Source: Hadesarchaea archaeon
GTDB taxonomy: Archaea > Hadarchaeota > Hadarchaeia > Hadarchaeales > Hadarchaeaceae
DNA length: 47,684 bases
Direction of reading: 5' to 3'
Assembly: GCA_030601675.1 (NCBI GenBank)
Contig: JAUWBN010000006.1
Coordinates: 1-47,684 of the forward strand
Both the position numbers and the translations under genes were made by a program. Shown here in pieces: positions 1-9,309 of the stretch. The notes beneath the pieces were generated by a model. The model did no database searches. It was given only the letters and a program-made list of their open reading frames with translations, and was not told the DNA's origin. The first letter of the stretch is position 1. Every line of letters begins with the position of its first letter.

Positions 1-2
1 GA

Positions 3-857
3 GCGGACATATACGGATGCTGCATTAAATTGTTGACGGGTATCAAATATGTGAAGGAACGCTGGGAAGAAAACTTTTATCCCATGTCTGAGCACGTTCG
101 TTCTCACGGGAGAATGTTGGTGATAAAAGATGGTAATGAAAAACAACGCGTAATCTATGACAAGCTTTCAAAAACAGCCTTTCTAATTAACGTGGACTAC
201 TACGGTTGGATAAAATCCATAGCTTTGAGCATCGCTAGTGACGTCCTCGAGGATGGCCACGGTATACATGCTGTTCACGGTGCTTGTGTGGACATAGATG
301 GACGAGGAGTTTGCTTAATAGCACCCTCAGGAACTGGTAAAACAACGCATACCTACGGTCTTCTCAGACTTAAAGGAGTTCGCGTTGTATCTGATGACTG
401 GTTTTTTGTCCGCTTCATGGCTGATCAAGACATTGCATTCGGTTCCGAGAAAAACTTCTACATTCAAGCGGACATAGCAGATACGTGGGGTGAATACAAG
501 AAACTCGTTGAGAAGACAGAGTTTGACGATAAGGGTAGAGCTATTGTGGATGTTAGGTGGATAGTTGGAAAGGGGAAAATACTACCCATGACCACATTAA
601 GAACAGCCATCGTGTTAAAGCGTGACCCAGAAGACGATACCATTGTTAGAAAGTTGATGCCCAATGAAGCGGTTGAATACATGGAAACCGTGGGCTTCTG
701 CAACCCCCACCTATTGGTAAAAGATTCGCGTAAAAACTATTTGAGACGACAGTTTTTCCAAGATTTCTTCAGCCACCTTGAAATCTACCTCATAAACACA
801 ACATTTCCCGTAATTGAAACCCACAAAACAATAAAGGAAGAGATTTTGAAAATATAA
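3..857 (+). CDS. HPr kinase/PEP carboxykinase-like P-loop protein, 5'-truncated by the window edge
   Basis: The frame is open from base 3 (ADIYGCCIKLLT...). It has HGACVD, Walker A APSGTGKTT and a VSDDW motif as in the HPrK/PCK nucleotide-binding fold. Visibly more AT-rich than the downstream genes. Confidence 0.7.
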   Translation, partial: ADIYGCCIKLLTGIKYVKERWEENFYPMSEHVRSHGRMLVIKDGNEKQRVIYDKLSKTAFLINVDYYGWIKSIALSIASDVLEDGHGIHAVHGACVDIDGRGVCLIAPSGTGKTTHTYGLLRLKGVRVVSDDWFFVRFMADQDIAFGSEKNFYIQADIADTWGEYKKLVEKTEFDDKGRAIVDVRWIVGKGKILPMTTLRTAIVLKRDPEDDTIVRKLMPNEAVEYMETVGFCNPHLLVKDSRKNYLRRQFFQDFFSHLEIYLINTTFPVIETHKTIKEEILKI

Positions 858-965
858 CAATTCAGATTTCTTGACCTTTCCGACAGAGAACGGGAAAATT
901 AAATAGCACTTGGGTATGGATATAACTTTATTAAACTCGGACAATCAAGTTCGCGCGGTGTTCAC

Positions 966-2825
966 TTGCGGATCCTGTTGATCCACGCCGATCATCTCGA
1001 ATTCGAGGCGAAGCAGCGCACCCCCGTGGCTGAGGAGGTGCCTGCCGAGCAGCGCTCGGGGCGCCTCGAGGAAGTGCTCGTTGTCTTCACCGCTGCGGAG
1101 GAGGAGGATGAGGGGCTGGCCGATGCGATAGTCAAAAATGCCGCCCGAGAGATCGCCGACGTCGCCCGGAAAGTCGAGGCCAAACGAGTGGCGCTTTACC
1201 CATATGCTCACTTAAGCTCCTCGCTCGCTCCCCCAAAGGTCGCCATCGGGCTGCTCGACGCCACCCGCGACGCTCTGCGCGAGCTGGGTTTAGAAGTCCA
1301 CCGCCTGCCTTTCGGCTGGTATAAGGCTTTCAGGCTCAGCTGCAAGGGACATCCGCTGTCCGAGCTCTCTCGAACGATAACCGCCGAGGCCGGCGAGGAA
1401 GCGGTGGCCGAAGAGGCGAAGGCCCCAAGTGAGTACATCATTTTGACGCCCGAGGGAAAGGAACACGAACTCGACTTGAAAAATGTTGACGCGTGCGAGG
1501 GGCTCCGCGGCCAGTCCCTGCTCCGCCAGTTCGTGCTGAGTGAGGAGCTGGGGCAGAAGCCCGGTGAGGAGCCCGCGCACCTGAAACTCATGCGTCGCCT
1601 AGAGCTCGTCGACTACGAGCCCGCCAGCGATGCCGGGCACTTCCGCTTCTACCCGAATGGAGCGCTCATCAAGGGACTGCTCGAGGATCTCGCGGTTCAA
1701 CTCGCGGACGAAATTGGCGCGAGCCGCATCGAGACGCCCGTGCTATACAAGGCGGACGAACCCGACATAGCCGAGCAAGCGGCACGCTTCTACCAGAAGA
1801 ATTACAAAATCAAGCTGCCTAACCGCACCCTGCTCCTTCGGTTCGCCGGCGACTTCGGCCTTTTCAAGCTCATGAAGCAAACCGGGATGAGCTACAAACA
1901 GATGCCCGTTCGAATATTTGAACTCTCCCCATCCTACCGTCTCGAGCAGAGTGGCGAATGCGTCGGGCTGAAGCGGCTCCGCGCCTTCACCATGCCGGAC
2001 GTGCACTGCTTCTGCCGCGACCTGAAGCAGGGGCTCGAGGAGTACGAGCGGTTGTTCATGGCGTACACGAAGCTGCAGGGCGTGATGGGGCTCGACTACG
2101 TGGTCGCCTTCCGCATGGTCAAGGAATTCTACGAGCAGAACCGAGCCTTCCTCGCCCGCCTCCTAAGGCTCGTCAAGCGTCCCGCGCTCATTGAGCTCCT
2201 GCCAGAGCGAAAGCACTACTGGGTGATGAAGCACGAATTTCAGGTGATCGACTCGGTGGGGGGGAATGCCCAGTTGGCGACGGTTCAGCTCGACCTCGAG
2301 GACTCGGAGCGCTACGGCATCCTCTACGTGGACGAGCGCGGGGAGAGACGCGGGTGCATAATTTTACACTCCTCGATGGGCTCGATTGAGCGCTGGATCT
2401 ACGCGGTGCTCGAGGAGGCCGCAAAATCGCAAAAGGCCGGGAAGGTGCCGAGCATACCGCTCTGGCTCTCGCCCACTCAGGTCAGGCTCGTGCCCGTGAA
2501 CGAGCGGCATCTAAAATTCTGCCTCAAACTTTCAGACTCGCTTGAGAAGGCCAACGCCAGGGTCGATGTCGACGACCGGAGTGAGACCGTTGCGAAGCGA
2601 GTGCGCGATGCCGAGCGCGAGTGGATCCCATACGTGATTGTCATTGGGGACAAAGAGGTGAAAACGAAAAAGCTGCCAGCTAGGGCTCGAGGGGTGAAGA
2701 AACTCAAAACTTTGACAACGAAGGGGTTAATCGCGGAAATCGAACGAAAGACCAAGGGGATGCCCTACAGACCGCTCGCCTTGCCTCGCTTGCTTTCGAT
2801 GCGCCCGATTTTTGTCGGTAGTTAG
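966..2825 (+). CDS. thrS: Threonine--tRNA ligase, archaeal type with N-terminal editing domain
   Basis: 619 aa; N-terminus MRILLIHAD, YPYAHLSS and PFGWYKAF (archaeal editing domain); motif 2 region YRLEQSGE..GLKRLRAFTMPDVH; GSIERW; anticodon-binding domain. TTG start. Confidence 0.97.
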   Translation: MRILLIHADHLEFEAKQRTPVAEEVPAEQRSGRLEEVLVVFTAAEEEDEGLADAIVKNAAREIADVARKVEAKRVALYPYAHLSSSLAPPKVAIGLLDATRDALRELGLEVHRLPFGWYKAFRLSCKGHPLSELSRTITAEAGEEAVAEEAKAPSEYIILTPEGKEHELDLKNVDACEGLRGQSLLRQFVLSEELGQKPGEEPAHLKLMRRLELVDYEPASDAGHFRFYPNGALIKGLLEDLAVQLADEIGASRIETPVLYKADEPDIAEQAARFYQKNYKIKLPNRTLLLRFAGDFGLFKLMKQTGMSYKQMPVRIFELSPSYRLEQSGECVGLKRLRAFTMPDVHCFCRDLKQGLEEYERLFMAYTKLQGVMGLDYVVAFRMVKEFYEQNRAFLARLLRLVKRPALIELLPERKHYWVMKHEFQVIDSVGGNAQLATVQLDLEDSERYGILYVDERGERRGCIILHSSMGSIERWIYAVLEEAAKSQKAGKVPSIPLWLSPTQVRLVPVNERHLKFCLKLSDSLEKANARVDVDDRSETVAKRVRDAEREWIPYVIVIGDKEVKTKKLPARARGVKKLKTLTTKGLIAEIERKTKGMPYRPLALPRLLSMRPIFVGS

Positions 2826-2900
2826 GAACATTTAGCCATTAAGAAGAAAATCAGATTTCTTGGTTAAAATTTAACTTTTTAAAGATACTTTTTTATTTAA

Positions 2901-3119
2901 CTACTTTCTTTTTTTAGATTTTTTATACTCCTCTCCCCTTAACGTCCTTCCTACATGCGGCTTGTGTTCCCTATGTTTTAAAAGAGAAAGAAAAATAAAT
3001 AACCCAATAATAAATACAACAAATATAATTACCCCCTTTCCTATATCCTCCCAGGGAATATCTGTTGATTGAGCAGCCATAACTGCAAGAGATAAGAATT
3101 TCATCTTACTACCATTCAT
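2901..3119 (-). CDS. Small hypothetical single-pass membrane protein in an AT-rich patch
   Basis: 72 aa ORF with one hydrophobic stretch (GVIIFVVFIIGLFIFLSLL) and a Lys-rich tail; a TTATAA box lies at about 3137-3142. Confidence 0.5.
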   Translation of the reverse strand: MNGSKMKFLSLAVMAAQSTDIPWEDIGKGVIIFVVFIIGLFIFLSLLKHREHKPHVGRTLRGEEYKKSKKRK

Positions 3120-3271
3120 GAGTATCCTGGGTACATTATAAATTCCTTTAATTCTCTCTGGTTTTGTTGAAAGGCTAGATAATCATAAGCGCAAAGGGGA
3201 GACCTATCAAGGCCCCAAGTGTTATTGCACAAGTACCAAAATAATAGCTTCCACCGCTTTAAAAACACGAG

Positions 3272-4126
3272 CTACTCGAAGATCCAAAGTTCACCCTCGT
3301 ATTTCCGCCCTTCGAATACTGTACCCTTCGGCAGGCGCTTCACCCCACGCTTCGAGAGGTGCTCGATCAGCGTGCGGTTGAGCGCCTCGAGCGATCGATC
3401 CCCCTTCAGCCACCCGAGTGGAACGTCGACGTGCATAGGCCTGGCTGAGAGGACATGTCGGGTCGTCTTGTGGGCGAACACGTTACCGGAGAGGGCTGCC
3501 TCGATTACCTCGTCCTTCCTCACCCCGGGCACCATCAGCGCGGCGGCAACTTCCCCGGAGCGTGCCCGCTGCACCGCGTCGACCTCGTTCTCGTAGTCCA
3601 CCCTCAGCCCCTCCTCCCTCAGGGTGCGCTCGATCCGCTTCGCCCATGCGTAGCTCTCCCTTATCTCACCGCTTTTCCCCTTCAGCAAGTAGCAGGCATC
3701 TCTGGTGAGCAGGGCCGCGGATGCTCGGCGCTCCTCGAGAGCTCGGGATGACGTTTCCGGCGGGGCGGATTCGACGCCTAGTCCCGGCAGCCTGAATAGG
3801 TCCAGGAGCTTCGGTTCACCCACTTCTCCCCGGATGGTGCGGTACCAACAACCGACGCGCACGTTTGGGTTTCGATGATCGACCAAGCAGACGGGCAGGT
3901 ATCTGCAGCCCAGCTTCCTGAGCGCGGCGACTCGGTGCATGCCGTCGAGCACGACCAGCGTGTTGGAGTCGATGATGGCCGGGTCCCTGACCGCGCCGCT
4001 CGACTTTATCTCGTCGACGAGTTCATCGAGCAGCTCGGGGATGATCTCCTCGTGGATGCGAACTTTGCTCAGGTCCTTGAGCCCAAGTTGGAGCTCGAGT
4101 CCGGGTGCAGCTAACTTGAACAGCAA
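3272..4126 (-). CDS. serK: ParB/Srx-fold protein, probable ADP-dependent L-serine kinase (SerK family)
   Basis: IHEE, LDGMHR, VGCWY and VFAHKTTRHVL match the Thermococcus SerK pattern (PHEQ, DGHHR, TWYP, VFSPKTTRHVL). Confidence 0.7.
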   Translation of the reverse strand: MLFKLAAPGLELQLGLKDLSKVRIHEEIIPELLDELVDEIKSSGAVRDPAIIDSNTLVVLDGMHRVAALRKLGCRYLPVCLVDHRNPNVRVGCWYRTIRGEVGEPKLLDLFRLPGLGVESAPPETSSRALEERRASAALLTRDACYLLKGKSGEIRESYAWAKRIERTLREEGLRVDYENEVDAVQRARSGEVAAALMVPGVRKDEVIEAALSGNVFAHKTTRHVLSARPMHVDVPLGWLKGDRSLEALNRTLIEHLSKRGVKRLPKGTVFEGRKYEGELWIFE

Positions 4127-4307
4127 ATCATCGCCAATAGCACAGGGGCGTCGAGTTTCAAAAAGCTAACGTGAGGGGTCAAATTATTTTTTACCAACGA
4201 TTATTCGGTTTCCGGCTTCTGTGATCCACTTTTTCTTCATGTATTTCGGTAATACCTATCGCCGATATTTTTAGCGCCGTAGACCTCGCTCACCGCAGCT
4301 TCCAAGT

Positions 4308-5240
4308 TCAATCCCTGATTCCCGCCTCGGTTATCTGAAACGTCGCGCTCTCGGGAGGCAGCCCCGGGTGGTCTATGAGCTTGGCGACCCGGGTGTTCGC
4401 CTTGCTCTTCCGCAGGTAGACCCGCGCGGTCATCGCATGGCCCAGCACGTGACCCCCGATGGGCTTGGTCGGGTCGCCGAAGAACATGTCCGGCCTCGAC
4501 ATCACCTGGTTCGTCACGAAGACCGCGAGGTCGTTCAGCTCCGAAAGCCTGTGCAGTGCCGCGATGTGGCGTCCCAGCTTCTGCTGCCGCTCGGCAAGCG
4601 CGCCCCGCCCGCAGTACTCGGTCCGGAAGAGCGAGGTGAGCGAGTCCACCACGACGAGTTTCACATCGTTCTCCTTCGCCATCTCCTGGACCTTCTCGGC
4701 CAAGAGCATCTGGTGGTCAGTCGTGTGCGCTCGGGCGACGTAGATGTTTTCAAGCACCCCCTCGGGGTCCAGCCCCACCGCGCGCGCCATCTGCGCAAGT
4801 CGCTCGGGCCTGAATGTGTTTTCAGTGTCGATGTAAATTGCCTTTGCCCCCAGCCCTCCCTGCTCCGGGGGCTGCTGGACGTTGACGCAGAGCTGGTGGG
4901 CTATCTGGGACTTCCCCGATCCGAACTCGCCGAATGTTTCTGTCACGCCTTGGGTCTCGGCCCCTCCCCCGATTATCTTGTCGAGCGCCGGGCTCCCCGT
5001 CGAGATGTAGCCGAGGTGCTTCCGCCGCTCCATCACCTCGCTTGCCTTCTCATACCCCATTTTCGCTGCATCGCGAGCGGCGTTTATCACCTTCACCGCC
5101 ACCCGCATCCCCATCTCGGCGGCCTCCATCAGCTCACCCGTGGTGGCTACGGCCAAGCTCTCCAACGAGTCGTAACCGGCCGAGTGAAGCTTCTCCGCGA
5201 TCGCAGGCCCGATCCCCTCAAGATCCTCAAATTCGGTCAT
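4308..5240 (-). CDS. radA: DNA repair and recombination protein RadA
   Basis: N-terminal HhH (LEGIGP), Walker [26 protein letters not shown] and NQV. Start reassigned to the ATG at 5240, which follows a GGAGGTGG RBS. Confidence 0.97.
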   Translation of the reverse strand: MTEFEDLEGIGPAIAEKLHSAGYDSLESLAVATTGELMEAAEMGMRVAVKVINAARDAAKMGYEKASEVMERRKHLGYISTGSPALDKIIGGGAETQGVTETFGEFGSGKSQIAHQLCVNVQQPPEQGGLGAKAIYIDTENTFRPERLAQMARAVGLDPEGVLENIYVARAHTTDHQMLLAEKVQEMAKENDVKLVVVDSLTSLFRTEYCGRGALAERQQKLGRHIAALHRLSELNDLAVFVTNQVMSRPDMFFGDPTKPIGGHVLGHAMTARVYLRKSKANTRVAKLIDHPGLPPESATFQITEAGIRD

Positions 5241-5310
5241 TTGACCACCTCCGTTCGACCCTCTCGCACCTGCGTTTAAGCGGATTGACCCCAGAGAGGT
5301 CACCGAAAGT

Positions 5311-5320
5311 AATTTATAAA
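5311..5320. promoter_or_regulatory. Putative bidirectional TATA box between divergent radA and Lsm genes
   Basis: AATTTATAAA contains the palindromic TTTATAAA core and lies in the short divergent intergenic region. Confidence 0.45.
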
Positions 5321-5351
5321 GGGGGTCGGACGAGCGTCAATTGGGCATTTG

Positions 5352-5594
5352 ATGGAAAAGGGAGCACCAGCAGAACCAGAAAAGGAAACGCAGGTCGACC
5401 TCGGGAAGCTACTGAATGTAACTGTGGTGGTTAGCGCGAAGGACGGCCGGAGATTTCGTGGCAAGCTGACTCAATACGACGCCCACATGAACCTAGTGCT
5501 GGAGGAGGTCGAGGAACTCCCGCAGGAGGGCCCCGCCGCCAAGCATAAGCTCGTTCTGATAAAGGGTGGAAATGTCTCATCGATCTCGGTCTAA
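5352..5594 (+). CDS. Sm-like (Lsm/SmAP) RNA-binding protein
   Basis: Sm1 motif KDGRRFRGKLTQYDAHMNLVL and Sm2 motif VLIKGGNVSSI. Confidence 0.92.
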   Translation: MEKGAPAEPEKETQVDLGKLLNVTVVVSAKDGRRFRGKLTQYDAHMNLVLEEVEELPQEGPAAKHKLVLIKGGNVSSISV

Positions 5595-5860
5595 ACGGGC
5601 TTGACGTATTCCATCGCCTTAAATCCCTCGAGCACTTTTTGTCCGCTTTCGGTCAGCTTGTATTTTTCCTCTATCTCAGCGATCAGGCCACGATCGACGA
5701 GGGCTCGAAGATGGCTCTTCACCGGCCACCAGTCCTCGGCGCCGAAGAGTTCGCGGAGTTCCCGGACCCTCGTACTCCCCCTGCCGGCGATGAGTAGGAA
5801 GACCTTCCCCACGCCTTCTTCATCATCCTTAAGCCAGTTGATATCCTCGGTGACCCCCAT
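5591..5860 (-). CDS. Small winged-helix (wHTH) DNA-binding protein
   Basis: 89 aa; HLRALVDRGLI...KYKLTESG is a typical wHTH recognition helix and wing; 24 nt downstream of ABCE1 on the same strand. Confidence 0.7.
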   Translation of the reverse strand: MGVTEDINWLKDDEEGVGKVFLLIAGRGSTRVRELRELFGAEDWWPVKSHLRALVDRGLIAEIEEKYKLTESGQKVLEGFKAMEYVKPV

Positions 5861-5884
5861 CGCGTTCCCCCACGAAAGATGGAG

Positions 5885-7651
5885 CTATCCGAGATAAAAG
5901 TACTCGCCCCTCTCCTTCTGCTCCCGATCGAGACCGCTCCCCGGCTTGTTCGCCCGGGGCCTACCTGTCTGGGGGTCCCGCCTGAAGGTGACCCCCACCT
6001 CACGCAGGAACATATTCATCCCCTCGCGCATCCCGAGGGGGCCGTGAGTTTTGCCCGCTCGGCTTGGTTCGCCCGCGAAGACGAGCAAGCGGTCGGAGAT
6101 GAAGTCAACGCTGAGCACGTCATGATCCACGACAAACGCCGCGACCTCACGCTTCTCGATCACCCGCCTTATCACGCGCGCCATGCCCAAGCGCTGCTCG
6201 ACGTCGAGGTAAGCGCTGGGTTCGTCGATCAAGTAGACATCAGCTGGTTGCCCCAAGCACGCGGCGATCGCGACGTGCTGGAGCTCGCCCCCGCTCAGCT
6301 CCTCCAACCTCCGCTCGAGCAGGGGCCTCACCTCGAGCGGCTGCAGGATTTCGGGATCGAAGGTCGGATTGAACTCGCCGAGCAACTTGTGCAGCCAGGC
6401 CTCCACGGTGCCGTCGAACTCGAGCTTGAGGTACTGTGACTTGTGGGCGACCGCGAGCTTGAACTCGAGCCGCCCGACCGTAGGTTTGAGCTCCCCCGCA
6501 AGCATTCGCACGAAGGTGGTTTTACCTATGGCGTTCGGCCCCACCACCCCAACTACCTCGGCGGCGTAAACGCTGCCCGGTGAGACCTCGAGCTCGAAGC
6601 CCTTGAAACGTTTCTTGAGCTTGGGGTAGCTGAACATCGCCCGCCCAGCGACACGAGCTTTTGACGGAGGCCGAACTTCGAAGCGGATGGATTCCCGCCT
6701 GAACCTCACGTTCTCCTCGCGCAGGTAGCCATCGAGAAAAACATTTATCCCAACCCTGACCCCCCGGGGGGAGGAGATGACACCGTAGGCCCTAGGTTGG
6801 CCGTAAAGGACGTGGACGTAATCACACATGTAGTCGAGCATCGCGAGGTCATGCTCCACGACTAGCACGGCTTTCCCAGCCCCGGCGAGCCCCTGGATGA
6901 CGCGCGCTGCATTTAGGCGCTGGTAGACATCGAGGTGCGAGCTCGGTTCATCGAAGTAATAAATATCCGCCTCCCGCGCGGCGGTAGCGGCTATCGCCAG
7001 GCGCTGGAGCTCACCCCCGCTGAGGAGCTTGATGTTGCGGTCGAGGACCTCGTTCAGTTCAAGCGCTCTGGCCAGCTCCCTCGCCTCGCCCCGTTCATCC
7101 ACCTTCGCGAGGAGCGCACCGACCTCTCCTCGCACCACTTTGGGAACCCCATCGATGGCTTGAGGCTTGTAAGCCGTTTTTATTCGCCCGATTCGAGCGA
7201 AGTAGGCCTGTAACTCGGAACCCTTGAAGAACTCGTTCAGGGCCCTCGGCGGCGCTGTTTCCAGCGAGCTCAAGTTTGGCCTGAGCCTCCCAGCCAAGAT
7301 CTCAAGCGCGGTTGTCTTGCCCGTTCCGTTCTGCCCGACAAGCCCCGTGACCTTGCCCGCCCTGGGGATGGGTAATTCATAGAGGGCAAATCCGTTGGGG
7401 CCGTAGCGGTGGATGCAGCGCCCTTCGAGCTCATGAGGCAGATTGATGATCGAGATTGCGCGGAACGGGCACTTGTGGACGCAAATGCCGCAGCCCGTAC
7501 ACAGCTCCTCGGAAATCGTTGGCCCGCCCGTTCGCTCGTCGATGACCACCGTCTCTTCGCCGGTTCGAACCCCCGGACAGTAACGGTAGCACTCGAGCGA
7601 GCATCGATTCGGCTGGCAGGAGTCCCGATCAAGAACGGCGATCCTCGGCAT
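5885..7651 (-). CDS. abce1: Ribosome recycling ATPase ABCE1/Rli1
   Basis: N-terminal Fe-S cysteines (CQPNRC..EC...CP; CTGCGICVHKCP), two ABC domains (GQNGTGKTT, GPNAIGKTT, LSGGELQ twice) and the C-terminal TFRRD..TGRPR.NK..S motif. Confidence 0.97.
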   Translation of the reverse strand: MPRIAVLDRDSCQPNRCSLECYRYCPGVRTGEETVVIDERTGGPTISEELCTGCGICVHKCPFRAISIINLPHELEGRCIHRYGPNGFALYELPIPRAGKVTGLVGQNGTGKTTALEILAGRLRPNLSSLETAPPRALNEFFKGSELQAYFARIGRIKTAYKPQAIDGVPKVVRGEVGALLAKVDERGEARELARALELNEVLDRNIKLLSGGELQRLAIAATAAREADIYYFDEPSSHLDVYQRLNAARVIQGLAGAGKAVLVVEHDLAMLDYMCDYVHVLYGQPRAYGVISSPRGVRVGINVFLDGYLREENVRFRRESIRFEVRPPSKARVAGRAMFSYPKLKKRFKGFELEVSPGSVYAAEVVGVVGPNAIGKTTFVRMLAGELKPTVGRLEFKLAVAHKSQYLKLEFDGTVEAWLHKLLGEFNPTFDPEILQPLEVRPLLERRLEELSGGELQHVAIAACLGQPADVYLIDEPSAYLDVEQRLGMARVIRRVIEKREVAAFVVDHDVLSVDFISDRLLVFAGEPSRAGKTHGPLGMREGMNMFLREVGVTFRRDPQTGRPRANKPGSGLDREQKERGEYFYLG

Positions 7652-7724
7652 TTTTTCACCTGTTCTTAGAGTTTCTCTGGGTTAAGCTTTAAAAGCTCCT
7701 CGTGTAAGCAAAATAGGTGAATGT

Positions 7725-7991
7725 TTGCGCGGGTGGTTGATTCTAACGGGGGCGGTCCTCCTCATCATCGTGTTGCCGATCATCGCCCTCACGTACAGCG
7801 GCTGGGTGCGGTTGGTAGGGCAGATCGTGCTCAGCATCTTGCTCATCGTGGCCTTAATCGGCAGTGGCCTTTTCGGCTACATTTGTCTCAGGGCTCAGGC
7901 CAAGAAGTGGGGAGCTGGCCTCTTCATAATCGCCGCGTTATGTATTGTTGTCATTTACTGGGTGTGGGCCGGGCATCTGCCACTTCTCTAG
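7725..7991 (+). CDS. Hypothetical three-TM membrane protein
   Basis: 88 aa, three hydrophobic helices; GGTGA RBS just before the TTG; fills the gap between ABCE1 and the CARF gene. Confidence 0.65.
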   Translation: MRGWLILTGAVLLIIVLPIIALTYSGWVRLVGQIVLSILLIVALIGSGLFGYICLRAQAKKWGAGLFIIAALCIVVIYWVWAGHLPLL

Positions 7992-8470
7992 ACCCCGCCG
8001 CTCGGCACGATCTCGTAGAGCTTGCGGAGGAGATCCCTCAGCGCTTGGGTGTGGTCGAAGATTTTTTCCCTGCCACTCAGAGAACGAGTCGAGTATAGCA
8101 CTCGCACAGGCATTATCCGAGTGAGCACGATTGCCACTGACCCAAGCACCAAGCTCATCGCCTGTGTCCCTCCGCTGTAGTTGATCGTCACCTCGTCGTC
8201 GGGCTTTATCTTTTCCAAGATCTTGCTCAGAGCATCGCCTATGGATTCGGGATCAAAGGGGTCGCACCGATATAGACTCAGCTTGCATCGTACGCGGCGA
8301 GCGGTCTCCTTCAACACCGTGGAGTTGGGCTTGGTGTAGCCGTGCTCGCTCGCGATGTAGTTCAGGCCGTCTTCCGACGCTACAACGTGACACGCCTTCG
8401 GCTTCTGGGTGAGCATGATGTGCTCGACGGGACGAGGGTGGAATCCCAGCGTTAAAATAGCAACTTTCAT
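7988..8470 (-). CDS. Stand-alone CARF-domain protein (Csa3/ring-nuclease-like Rossmann fold), no effector domain
   Basis: Motif I ILTLGFHP and motif II INYSGGTQAMS, plus DPFD..SI..AL..IL; 160 aa with no HTH or nuclease domain. Confidence 0.72.
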   Translation of the reverse strand: MKVAILTLGFHPRPVEHIMLTQKPKACHVVASEDGLNYIASEHGYTKPNSTVLKETARRVRCKLSLYRCDPFDPESIGDALSKILEKIKPDDEVTINYSGGTQAMSLVLGSVAIVLTRIMPVRVLYSTRSLSGREKIFDHTQALRDLLRKLYEIVPSGGV

Positions 8471-8477
8471 TTAACCC

Positions 8478-8732
8478 CTACTCCGGCTTCTGCCACTGTT
8501 CCGCGTTGAGCTGTTTCGTTCGTTCTTGGAGCTTCATCATTATAAAATCCCTCGCCTGCCTTCGTTCGAGCTCACTTTTGAAGGCATCGGAGAGGCGCTC
8601 GAGCCTGGGTTTCGCGAACATCTCGAATGCCAGCTCGATGTCGCGGTCGGTGAGCGGGGAATCCTTCACCTTGTCGGCGAGCAGCTCGGTGGCCTTTTGA
8701 ACTATCCAGTCGAGCTCCGATCGTTCGACCAT
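8478..8732 (-). CDS. Hypothetical helical protein, likely co-transcribed with the CARF gene
   Basis: 84 aa with a GTGA RBS; 7-nt gap to the CARF start. Confidence 0.7.
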   Translation of the reverse strand: MVERSELDWIVQKATELLADKVKDSPLTDRDIELAFEMFAKPRLERLSDAFKSELERRQARDFIMMKLQERTKQLNAEQWQKPE

Positions 8733-8787
8733 TTTATCACGTCAAATTCTTTAAGTTCAGTGGAGGCTTAAATGCTTAAGGGTTCGG

Positions 8788-9309
8788 ATGGACGTTTTTG
8801 AAGCGATTAAGGGCAGGCGGAGCGTGCGCGAATTTGAGTCCACGCCGGTCAAGGAGAAGGATCTGGAAAAAATCCTTGACGCCGCTCGCTGGGCCCCTAG
8901 TGCCGGGCATTGCCAGCCTCTCGAACTAGTCGTCGTGAAAGACCAAGCACAAAAAGAGCGATTGGCGCGTGCAGCGCTCGGGCAGACATTCATCGCGGAG
9001 GCACCGGTAGCCATCGTCGTGTGCACAAACGTCGCCCGTACCTCCCGACGCTACGGCAGGCGTGGCGAGGAGCTCTATTGCATCCAGGATACTGCAGCCG
9101 CGACACAAAATATTCATCTAGCCGCTTGCGCACTCGGCTACGCGACGTGCTGGGTGGGGGCATTCGATGAGGATGCTGTCGCTGAGGTGATCAAAGCTCC
9201 TGCGGGTGTGAGGCCCGTCGCCATCGTCCCGCTCGGCAGGCCAGCTGAGAAACCAAGTCCCCCGCAGCGTATGCCGCTGAACAAGATCGTGCGTGAGGAT
9301 GAATTTTAA
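8788..9309 (+). CDS. Nitroreductase family (FMN-dependent) oxidoreductase
   Basis: RRSVREF, AARWAPSAG..QP, and QNIHLAA.ALGYATCWVGAF. Confidence 0.93.
   Translation: MDVFEAIKGRRSVREFESTPVKEKDLEKILDAARWAPSAGHCQPLELVVVKDQAQKERLARAALGQTFIAEAPVAIVVCTNVARTSRRYGRRGEELYCIQDTAAATQNIHLAACALGYATCWVGAFDEDAVAEVIKAPAGVRPVAIVPLGRPAEKPSPPQRMPLNKIVREDEF

Noticed and set aside
4184-4240. 18-codon minus-strand ORF (MKKKWITEAGNRIIVGKK) between radA and serK
   Set aside because: Too short, no clear RBS and no recognisable homology.
4368-5279. 303-aa ORF antisense to radA
   Set aside because: Shadow ORF fully overlapping a clear radA gene.
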